Source: Octopus vulgaris (taxonomy: Eukaryota). From it: 64,000 nucleotides of DNA. This document shows, piece after piece, positions 53,414 to 64,000 of the stretch. A program made the translations under genes and the position numbers. Each line of letters opens with the position of its first letter. Within the stretch, counting starts at the first letter, position 1. The stretch covers positions 36,704,001-36,768,000 of the forward strand of contig OX597826.1 in assembly GCA_951406725.2 (NCBI GenBank), in the 5' to 3' direction. The notes under the pieces were generated by a model that was given only the letters and a program-made list of their open reading frames with translations, was not told the origin of the DNA and did not search any database.

Positions 53414-56002
53414 GGTATATAACCCTGCCTCCGTCACATGAGTCTATCACCCACACTATTATCAATCGTGCCTCTAGTGCTCGTGGCCTCTATATCTCAA
53501 ATCACTCTCCTTCTTAATCATACTGTATTATGTTACCAGTGTGACTCAGCGTAGCAATGGATCGCTTCTGTTGACCATATAGTGCTTCCAGTGACCTCGA
53601 TAGACCCCTCTAAGCGTCTCTCCAGAACTCCACCTTTTTCTCATTCTTATCACCCTTTCACAACATAGGAAAGATCTGGAAACATACATTTCGAAACATA
53701 TACACAAGGGGCCTCATCAGATCCCATATGCCTCACGTACCCAGTTTGTACCCTTAACTACCCATCAGGCATCAATTCCCTCTCTGATCATTTATTCTCC
53801 TTTTCCTAACTATCGCCTTTTCAAGCTTGACTTATCCCAGTGTTGGGGCTATGAACACTACTCCACCATATCGTATTTACTGTTGGGTCGACATGAACTA
53901 AAAGCCTCGTCAAATGCATGTCGACCTTTTCGGTGCTGGTGCTAAGAAAATGCTCGTATTTGTGCTGGTTCTTTTTATGTCCTGTAACCTGACTGTTCTC
54001 CAAATAAATAGTAGAGAAAAATAAGTATAAAACTTAAGTATTTTCATCATAGCTACAGTCCAATAACTGAATTTAGTAAAATGACAAAAGAATAAAATAA
54101 TTTATTATTCCAAATATACTTATCTGATGTGCTTATCTAAAATTTAGATAACCCAAATAGAACATGTGTTCGTTTTATAGCCATTTGCAATAAACATATC
54201 GATGATGGATTTTGCAAAATAATAACATAACAAATACGAATAGTTATATTATAATAGTTTGCCTATGAATTTGTCATTACACATTCAATAGAAATCTTAT
54301 CTAAAATATATCGATTTTGGTTTTTATAGATTAGATTCCCCTCCAAAAATGTTGAAGGCTGGTGAGGAAGCCATTTGCTTTTTTCAGTTTCAATTTTGGT
54401 TTCTGAAATGGAAATACTTTACCTTTTTATTTTACATGAATTCAATGGTTTCAATGTAATAACGAGTTATTTGCCACTGTAGGAATCTGTAAAGTCTTGA
54501 TCCCTGCTCCCCTCCTATATAAATATAAATTTCCTAATGATATCACTGGTATAGTTTTTTTCCAGATGGATAACAACGTATAGCAGATAGAGGCTAATAT
54601 TAGAAATTAAAAATGTTTTCATTGTTTTTTTTTAATTATAAAATCAAAGTTGCTGATATATAAAAAGAAATTGAATATATATCACATCAGAAAATTAGCT
54701 TGTGTGTGCATGTGCAAACATTTGTGATGTATACACATGTGTATATCTTGTAGCCAATATGTCATGAGTTGGTATGATGTCTGTTCATGTGAGTCTGAAT
54801 TTCAGCAATCGATAACTCGGGCAAAAAATAGAAAATTTCACATCAGCAAAAATTTGATCTTTATTTTTGTAAATATTTGATTCCTTTTACCTTTTTTCAC
54901 GATGCTTTGTTGATTGCAAATTACAATATATACATACGTAAACACAAACACACACACACACACACACACACACAAATGTATTTCTCATAAAAATTTCATG
55001 ACATCCATTTCAACAAAATTTTCATGTGATGCCAAATATAATTTTAGTGATAACTGATAATAAATAAGTTTTGACAAGAAAAACTCTTAGGTTTTTATGT
55101 CAAAAATAGAGTCTCACAGAAGAACTAATTCTCGCTACTGATTTTGCCAAAAGGATTTGGCACTAACATTGATCATGCTTTGATTTTTTGTTATATATCA
55201 TATTTTCTTAGTACCAGAAGAATTGTTTCCAAATAAATGTAACTGATATTTTCTTAAACATGTTCTATTTTCCCACTTAATTCTTTGACATTCTCATACT
55301 ATATATTTGCCCTTTAAAATAGACAAACCATATTTGTAGTGAGTCTTTGAAGTTCTAATTTTGTAAAAATCAAAATCTCTGTTATTTTACTGAACTAGTA
55401 AAGTTTAAAAACCACTTGATATTTTACCTAAAATATTTCCGAAGTTATTCCGAAGCAGGGGGAGTGATACTCTCTCATAAAACATTGGTTTCATGCTGCT
55501 TAGGATAGTATCTATCTTTAAGGCATTCATATATCTCATGAATCTTAAAGCTAAAAGTTCGTCCCCAGAGGCAGGTCTGATCGAGGCTTATTGTATATCT
55601 GAGAAGCTGTAACCCAAGAGGACAAGATTCTTCTCTCCTCAGACATATTCTTAGGGGAAAGTAAAGGATAATGAAAACTGACATTTATATACTCGTAGAT
55701 GAGCACAAAATGCAAAGAACTGAAAAATAATTATATCAAGGCCCTAAAAATCCCATCACTGTACCTTCTGAAGTTAGTACCTCTTTTAGAGGCCCTATCT
55801 ATATATATTTGCATGTGTGGGATCAATGAAGATAGGAATATATGCAGGCATGATTGTGTGATAAAAAGCTTGCTTCTCAACTACATGATTCCAGGCTCAG
55901 TCCTACTGTGTGGCATGTCGGGAAAGTGTCTTCTCCTATAACCTCAGGGCCACCAAAGTCATGTGGGTGGATCTAGTAGACAGAAACTGAGAGAATCTCG
56001 TT

Positions 56003-56365
56003 GTAACCCACTTCGCAGCCTGGCTCGTTCCCCTGCTCCATTTGCCCCTACCTCTCATATCATCGACTCCTTTATCTGCACTTCTAGCAACGTAATGTAT
56101 CTATCTCCAGCATTTTCTGCCCTTCTCTGTACATCGATCAAACAGGACGCCGCTTGGCTGACCAGTTTGCGGAGCACTTCCGAGACACTAGACTCGGCAA
56201 TGATACCCCGGTCTCACGCCATTTCCGCTCTACCGGCCATTCACTACAACACCTGTCTGTGTTCGGATTGTCTTTGCACTGGAGGCATACAGAATCCCGA
56301 TTTCACCGTAAACGCGCATTAATCTTCTCCCTTCGCTCCTTTTCGCCACATGGCCTCAACTCCCC
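56003..56365 (+). pseudogene. Penelope-like element GIY-YIG endonuclease C-terminus, frameshifted
   Basis: IIDSFICTSSNVMY / ISSIFCPSLYIDQTGRRLADQFAEHFRD...PVSRHF...HSLQHLSVFGL...RKRALIFSLRSFSPHGLN matches the PLE pattern C.S.NV.Y..YIG.T.R.L..RF.EH...P.GLN. Confidence 0.9.
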
Positions 56366-56779
56366 CTCCACCCACACCCTACCCTCACACCTCCCATTCC
56401 CACATACCCCTACCACATCCCAATCTTCTTATACCCCACCCTACCCCACGCAGACCCACACCCCAATCCCCATATACCCACACAACACACCACCACCCCA
56501 CCTTACCACATCACACCACTCCACACACTAGCACTGACCACTTCCCCGCACTCACACCACACACTATGATCCATACACCGTCATCCACATACCCGTACAT
56601 TACAGACGCACACATACATACACACATCCATTCACGTCAAAATCACTAGCCCCTATCCACACACACATTCTTACATACAGACACACGCACGCGCACTTTC
56701 GTTTTGGGATCACCAATACTTTATTATCTCCCTTTTCTTCTACCTCTCCTATCAAACCTATTTTATCCCAACCAGTCGC

Positions 56780-56963
56780 CATGCTTGATTGCTAAATCCA
56801 CACGTTTTTTTATTCTCTCTCTGTTTATTTTCTCTTATTCCTTTCTGTTGAAAGCGTAGGCTCGAAACGTAAAAGGCTTTCTCCTACTTTCCCAAGTGTC
56901 AATCTGATACAGTTGCTTGTTGTTCATACACCTGTCTTCGTCTTTTGTTTTGTTGTAAATTTC

Positions 56964-56966
<3 letters not shown>
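56780..56966 (+). mobile_element. Penelope-type 3' terminal repeat (pLTR) carrying a hammerhead-like motif at 56840-56876
   Basis: CCTTT-CTGTTGA-A-AGC(GTAG)GCTC-GAAAC-GTA-AAAGG; ends in (TA)n. Confidence 0.8.
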
Positions 56967-57016
<50 letters not shown>

Positions 57017-57256
57017 TTTGTTTCTTTGTCCCCCTACTATCGCTTGACAACCTATGTTAGTGTGTTTACGTACCCGAAATTTAGCGGTTCGGCAAAAATG
57101 ACCGTTAGAGTAAGTACTAAGCTTACAATGAATAAGGTCTAAGGTCGATTTGTTCGATTGAAAGCAGTGCTCCAGCACACGGCTGCAGTCAAATGACTGA
57201 AACAGGTAAAAGAATGGCAGAATAAAATAATATATATATTTATTATAAATAAATAA

Positions 57257-57289
<33 letters not shown>

Positions 57290-58025
57290 CGGAGAGAAAG
57301 AGAGGAGAATGAGTAACAAATAACGTTAGTTGCTGATTTATTAGATTTGTCCCCGTACCATAATGACAAAACGGCAATCATGTGGAACGAAACTTGCAAT
57401 CAAGTGTTCTCCAAAGTTGACATGATTTTAAGGAAATGTCCAGGCTTATTGTTTGGAGAAAGCGGGATATAAAGTCTCTTCATGAGCAGAGCAGAGGTAT
57501 GCGGTGCTACTTGCATTCTTAGGAAAACTCGGTGTATTGTGAAATATGCAGGAGCAATCTCCTTAAATTTTCTCGGTATAAAACAATAAAGAAATATATT
57601 CACAACTAGTTAAAGTTCCACGTTAAAAGCAAATTTTACTACTTTAAAATTAAGTGTTCTAATATGTGCATACATGCTGACTCATATATGTGTGTGTGCA
57701 TGTGTGTGTGTGTATGTGAGTGTAGACATGTGTAGACTCATACATACATGCATATATACATTTACGTATGTATGCATGTAAGGTTGTATGACCACATGCG
57801 ATATATATTTACATAGGAGGAGGAAGTAAACGAAAGAGAAGATATAAACTGAGAATGATTGATAAATATCATAAATGTAGTATACACACATGTATATATA
57901 CACATACATGTATATATACACACATACATACGTGTGTGCATATTTTGTATATATGTGCGTTTGTATGTGTATGCATGTGTATTTATATACGTATATTCAC
58001 GCATATATTCGCATATGCATTCTTC

Positions 58026-58079
<54 letters not shown>

Positions 58080-58394
58080 CCTTTATGTATTGATATTTAA
58101 AGTAATTACCATAACTTATTATTTATAAGCAAAATAAAATAAACACATTTTCTCATTTTCAACAGCTTTAGGGTAGATATTTGACAAAAAATGGAATTGT
58201 TAATTTCTTAGAGAATTTGTTATTTTGCATGGAAAGAAAACAGGAAGTTTTTGTTTAGGAAGGAAGAAAAATGTTTTAGTTCTTTAAGTATGAATTTAAT
58301 TCGATAAATAATTATTGTGTTAGATACAATTTCAATTTTACTTATGAGACATAACTTATTTTCTTATTATTTTGTGTTTTATAAGGTGTGTGCA

Positions 58395-58460
58395 CACATA
58401 TATATATATATACATATACATATCTATATATTTGTATATATATATATGAATATATACATA

Positions 58461-58497
<37 letters not shown>

Positions 58498-58613
58498 CTA
58501 TATATACATATCTATATATATATACATATATTATGTGTGTATATATATATATGTGTATATATATATGTATATATATATATGTATATATTATGTGTATATA
58601 TATATGTATATAT

Positions 58614-58704
<91 letters not shown>

Positions 58705-58710
58705 TATACA
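58395..58710. repeat. (TA)n microsatellite
   Basis: Direct reading. Confidence 0.95.
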
Positions 58711-59635
58711 TGAGACATTACGACAAACAGAACCTTACATTATTAGTTTCTATCTTCGTCTCTCCACGGTGATTGTCTGCAACTCCGCGTTGGATGTTCC
58801 GAGTGCAATCGGATGCTTAACGACAATAGATCATCAGGGAACTCTTTATTTATTTTTCTAATATCTTTTGCTTTCAATCAATATCTTAACTGAATTCACA
58901 ATTAACTGTCTCCCCATTTTTTTATATAATCTATTTATTTCCTTCTCTTTGTCATTATATATCTTGTCTTTCCTTTTCCCCCTTTCTCTGGCTCTTGGCT
59001 ATATATATATATTTTTTTTTTCATCAGTTTGTTTATATATATTTTTGCTTATCCATATTATATCTGTCCAACATAGTCTCACCCACCTTCCCTCCTTCTC
59101 TCCTATTTATTTTTCTCTTCTTTTTTCTCCGTACTTTTTCTCTGACTTCGTTCTCTCTCTCTTCATTCTCTATTTTGTCGTTGTTTCTTTTTCTTCCCTC
59201 TCTCCCTTTCTTTTGTTTCTTAATTTCTCTTTATCATTCCCTTCCAGCTGGTTTCTTTCTACATATCTCTCAAAATGCCTATAGAATTCATCACAGTCTA
59301 CCCAACTCGAGGCACTGGTTATCTGTAACATAAGACAACAAAGTGTTCCTCAATGATCTGTTGTAGTTCAGCATCCAAAGGAAATTGAAACATCCAAACG
59401 TAGAGTTCTAAACAGCCACAATGACGAAACGTACGTAGAAACTAACAATATAAACTTGCGTTTACCATAACTTCCTTCACATTTGCTCTGTATAAAATAA
59501 ATAGTCACAACCATTAATACTATTTGGTATAGTAATTGCTTAACCACTGGAAACAGACTGGACGGGGATAATCTACGTGGAGCTCTAAATTTAACCAGCT
59601 GTAGTCGCATATATATTTGTATACAGAAGATGCAC

Positions 59636-59706
<71 letters not shown>

Positions 59707-59804
59707 TAACCGGCTTACAAGAATGTATAATACGTAGCTTTCTTTCATTCTCTCATACTTTCTTACACATATGTATGTATGTATGTATATATGTATATAT
59801 ACCA

Positions 59805-60957
59805 TAGGATTGACAGTCAATCTCAAGAAAACTGTTGTCATGCATCAACCTGGTAAGCAGTATAGTGTACCAAATATCTATGTGAATGGTAAACGACTTG
59901 ATGTAGTGGATCAGTTTGTCTACCTGGGAAGCACTATTAATAGATATGGCAATATGGATGATGAAATTCCATATACAATTAGGAAAGCAAGTGTTCTTTC
60001 GGAAGGCTAGAAAAGTGCCTCTGGAGTCGGCGAGACATATGCAGAAAGACAAAGATAAAGGTGTGCGAGGCATGTGTGCTCCCTTCTCTTCTCTATGCCT
60101 GCGAGACGTGGGTCACATATCGATACCACCTTAAACAACTGGAACGTTTCCATCAGATGTGCCTCAGACGGATCTATGGCATTAAGTGGAAGGACCGCAT
60201 CAGTGATCTTGAAATACTGGAAGGCTCTCGGTGTGAAAGCATTGAAGCTCTTGTGTTAAAGCAAAGGCTCAGATGGAGTGGTCATCTGGTCAGAATGAAG
60301 GATTCAAGGATGCCAAAACAACTCTTTTATGGAGAGTTAGCTAAAGGAGAACGACCTCCACATAAATCGAAAAAGAGGTATAAGAACTTGCTGAAGGCTT
60401 CCTTAAGAGATGCTTGCATCTCTCCTGACACATGTGAAGGCATAGCTATTGATCGTAGCAGGTGGAGAAGGACTGTGCATGAGGGACGGCCACTTTTGAG
60501 AAATCTCGAGTTGCACATGAGAAAGTAAGGAGGGATGTCAGGAAGGGTATCGCTGTTACACTTCCAGAAGAGAAGGATCTTCCTTTGATTCTGACATGCA
60601 ATGTCTGTGCAAGACCCTGCTTCAGTAAAGCTGGACTCATGAGTCATCTTCGTAGTCATAAAACGAGACAGATGAGTGACAACCTGGCCACTGGTGGTGG
60701 TGTAATACACCATACTAATCATATCTGTCGGGCATGTGGAAGAGAGTTTAATTCGGCAGGAGGACTTAAACGACATGCAAAGGTACATGAAGCCCAGTTA
60801 CAACTACAGCTGGCTATTACCAGTAAAGGTTTTAGTTGCCAATGTTGTACAAAACATTGTAGATCTTTAGCTGGGCTAAAAAGTCACATTCGATCACAGC
60901 ACCAGTAACAGTTAAGCTTCGTGCAATGGCCATACTCGATAACGAGGAGGCAGCCAT
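59805..60957 (+). mobile_element. 5'-truncated RTE-clade LINE: RT thumb, C-terminal domain and three C2H2 zinc fingers, two frameshifts
   Basis: GLTVNLKKTVVM...VDQFVYLGSTI; VLPSLLYACETW...LERFHQMCLRRI..IKWKDRI...RLRWSGHLVRMKDSRMPKQLFYGEL; CNVC...HLRSH, CRAC...HAKVH, CQCC...HIRSQH; stop at 60908; flanked by TA repeats. Confidence 0.93.
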
Positions 60958-60984
60958 AATATATATATATACATATATATATAT

Positions 60985-61205
60985 ACTTAGATAAATTTAG
61001 ATATGTTTCGACCAAAGATTGGTCCAGGCTATGTCTAACTTAATAGCACCACCTGATAGGATTTTCTAAATCCTTTTAAAGTCTAGTTTTGTTTATGGTC
61101 CATTCAAGTAGTGAGTTCTTGTTGCGTGAGTTGTACCCAGGTATGGGTTGCTTATCTGGTATTCCTTGTAGAAATCTGTCCAGACAGTTGGCTGCAAATC
61201 TAGAA
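60985..61205 (-). mobile_element. 3' end of a CR1/L2-group LINE
   Basis: LDRFLQGIPDKQPIPGYNSRNKNSLLEW resembles LDxFLxxIPDxPxxPGY...NSL C-termini; 3' hairpin GACCAA-TCT-TTGGTC and repeated TATCTAA tail. Confidence 0.6.
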
Positions 61206-62381
61206 AATCTTTTAAAAAATACATGTGGAATGGTAAGTAAACAGAAATGACTTAACCATAAAGAAAAGAAAAACACGTCTCAGTCAATCGCAAATACCAC
61301 AAGCTGTATAATAAAGATGTCTCGTTTTGCTACTGTTTCATAAAAATGGTGTCAATGAGCCAGATTCAAATGCTAAATGAGAGCAGCGCTCAGGCAGTTG
61401 AAAAAGAGCTGACGAAATAAAGAGATGTATTTATTTAGTGATGCATGTTGAATCAAAGTAAATATCGTTTCGTTTGTTTCAGAGGGTTCAACCGATCGAG
61501 TTAGCAGAAGTCGGATCAATATTTTGTATTTTGTTACTAGTTAATATCCGGTGTTTATGTCTGTCATGCTTATAACCCATTTTATACAAATGTACAAGTG
61601 ACCACTGCAAATAGAAAGAGATGACTAACTGCTAGGCTTATGGTAGAGATGTGAAGGAGTGGTGTTCATTAATTTCCAATCATAATGTTTTAAAAGAGCG
61701 GGTGAAGAAAAATTTACTTCAGCCAGGAACTTAAAATTTTGTGCATATTAATTCTTCTAAAGGTTTGCTAGAATCGTTAGAGATCCGGATAAAATTAATT
61801 ACAGTTTGCAGTTATGACTTTTGATATGTGTTAAGTTTCGAAATAGGGGTTTCGAATATATCGTACGAGTGCTAGAATGGATGTAATCAATTGTTTCATC
61901 TCTGATCAGCTCCTGGGGGACTTGTGCGTACGTAAATGATCAATATTGTATGTATTGAAACAGTATTGAGTTACATCTCTTAACGTTCTGATTTCGATTT
62001 ACATTAAGATTAGGTTTTCTTATTGTCCGTTCGGGAGTGAATTGAGTTTGAAGTGAATAAAATATTGGTGAAGCACTGAAGTCCATGATAAACGACTTGT
62101 TTTGTTTGTTCTAGCGAATATTTGACATCTGGTGCAGCCTGTATTAGAAATTAATGATACACATTAGAAACACTTCTATCACTGAATCCGTATCATACTA
62201 TATACAACATAATGATCTAATATTCAGCCAGGATCAGTGAGAGCTGCAAATATTTAACACTCTACAAAGTATAGCAGGATATACACACTAATATAATTAT
62301 AAAATAGCTAATGGCAGTGAATCATATAAAATGCAACATTCCAGATACAAAAGCATACACTATGCACACATGTGTGCGTAG

Positions 62382-62384
<3 letters not shown>

Positions 62385-62451
<67 letters not shown>

Positions 62452-62461
62452 TATATATATA

Positions 62462-62546
<85 letters not shown>

Positions 62547-62572
62547 GAATGTATGTATATATGTATATATAT
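62385..62572. repeat. (TA)n microsatellite
   Basis: Direct reading. Confidence 0.95.
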
Positions 62573-63553
62573 AAATACCACATGCATTACAATACACGTA
62601 TTTGTAGGCATTGATTAGACATTATAAAAATAGTGTGTTCTTTATGAAAATGTTTCAGACTGCAGATTAGTCAGAAATGAATGCATGCCTCTGATGACTC
62701 ACATGAAATCAAAACAAGGCATGGATGTTTTTCTCTGATGTGACAGACGAAGTTATCAGAATAGTAAATTACATTTTTATATAACATTTATCAGTGTCTG
62801 ACTTCATTTTGATATACAACGGCAAGCAATACACATCAAATACACCATGGTACACAAACACCCCAAAGACACCCACACGCACACTTACACTCTCTCTCAC
62901 TCACACATACACACACACACACACCTATACATATATTTGTATATCCATATATTTATATATACTCACCACGTACACTACATATTTATATATATGTATGCAC
63001 ATATCGTACATATTACACAGTGTGTATCTAAAATTTATGGCTATGTCCGTCATTCGCAACCGAGAATGACTTGGTAGCATGGAATCACTAATCGTTTTAG
63101 ATGTCCATATCGTCATGAGCCCACACCGTCTCACTTTTGCGGCACTTTATGTAAACTCGATCCTGAAGCTCGAAGGTCGGCCATCCTAGGTTGCTAGGAG
63201 AAAGATAGAGAACAGCGTAAGTAGCAACAGAAATTACTGTTTAACACTGACCGTTCTAACAAAAGTGTATGCATTGTTGGCCCCTATTGTTCTTCTAGTA
63301 TTTAAGGCCGCCATCACTGACGTTAAAGAATAGCTCCGAGTCTTGGTTAGAAGGGAACACTATAGAAGCCGCCAGATGGATTGTGGCAGCAAATTTAAAG
63401 TTCCATCGGTGTTACATGTGTTATAGTCATTTGAGCTATAAATTCTGCTGAAGATACAAGCGGCTATGGTATACACAGCCACTCATATGTTAATTTAATG
63501 ATTATGAAGTTCAGCTGAAGAATGCTCATCGCCAAACTAGTGGAGGCGTCATC

Positions 63554-63592
<39 letters not shown>

Positions 63593-63633
63593 GATATATA
63601 TATGCATACATACTTATTTACATATATACATAC

Positions 63634-63803
63634 CAGGCGTGGGTGTTTGGTAAGAAGGGTTGCTTCTCAACCACATGGCTCCGGGTTCAGCCCCACTGTA
63701 TGGCACATTGGGCAAGTGTCTTCTACTGTTGCCTCGGGCCAACCAAAGCCTTATAAGTGGATTTGGTAAGCGGAAACTGAAAGGCGCCTGTCGTATATAT
63801 GTG

Positions 63804-63834
<31 letters not shown>

Positions 63835-63850
63835 ATCAGACGCTATGCTT
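63634..63850 (+). mobile_element. SINE family B 5' two-thirds
   Basis: caggcgtgggtgtttggtaagaag...ccacatggctccgggttcagcccc...ttgggcaagtgtcttctact. Confidence 0.85.
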
Positions 63851-63854
63851 GACT

Positions 63855-64000
63855 TCTAAATCAACGAGTTATTTTATTCTCTCTGTTTATTTCCTTTTAT
63901 TCCTTTCTGCTGAAGAGCGTAGGTTGGAAGCATAAAAGACTTTCTACCTTCCCGAGCGTCAATCTAATAATACACCTGCTTGTTGTTTATACACCTGCCT
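63855..64000 (+). mobile_element. Penelope-type terminal repeat running off the window end, with a degenerate hammerhead motif
   Basis: attctctctctgtttatt...cctttctgctgaagagcgtaggttggaagcataaaagacttt, colinear with 56810-56940. Confidence 0.8.

Larger units (their letters stand above)
55845..57215 (+). mobile_element. SINE family B split at its internal microsatellite by a Penelope-like insertion (head 55845-56002, tail 57017-57215)
   Basis: Head ends gaaactgagagaatctcgt; tail resumes ttgtttctttgtccccctactatcgcttgacaacc after (TA)n. Confidence 0.85.

Noticed and set aside
53675-53725. Minus-strand CTGATGAGGC...TTCGAAATGTA hammerhead-like string
   Set aside because: Helix I does not pair and helix II is only 1-2 bp; not distinguishable from chance
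60585-60908. Stand-alone host C2H2 zinc-finger gene
   Set aside because: Continuous, after one frameshift, with the upstream RTE ORF2; no TGEKP linkers; followed by a LINE-type short 3' end
63510-63545. CTGAAGAATGCTCATCGCCAAACTAGTG, and similar strings at 13247, 43290-43320 (minus) and 59420, as hammerheads
   Set aside because: Each lacks two or more core elements and helix I; could be relics but cannot be supported without a family consensus

Overview
AT-rich, repeat-saturated eukaryotic DNA, intergenic or intronic. The mix of very long (TA)n/(CA)n/(AAT)n/(GAT)n arrays, tRNA-head SINEs, RTE LINE ends and mariner/piggyBac MITEs resembles a coleoid cephalopod (Octopus-like) genome; this is inference, not a database result. 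I found no intact host gene, and nearly all ORFs in the track are microsatellite artefacts. The real coding remnants are all transposon-derived: a Ty3/Gypsy gag-protease-integrase remnant with a 3' LTR (9.4-11.5 kb), mariner transposase N- and C-terminal pieces (21.0 and 2.3 kb), three RTE-clade LINE 3' ends (6.0, 39.4-40.2 and 59.8-61.0 kb, the last ending in three C2H2 fingers), a CR1/L2-like 3' end (61.0 kb) and a Penelope-like GIY-YIG endonuclease with its terminal repeat (56.0-57.0 kb). The most interesting hidden signal is a dispersed set of minimal hammerhead-ribozyme-like motifs (CUGANGA...GAAAC-GUH with a palindromic helix III) in Penelope-type terminal repeats. These include a near-canonical copy inside a fold-back insertion with a target-site duplication (33.0 kb), a four-motif cluster with promoter-like elements (12.3-12.9 kb) and a subfamily with a non-canonical core at position 6. 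Coordinates of degenerate repeats were read by eye and are approximate; ribozyme activity is untested.
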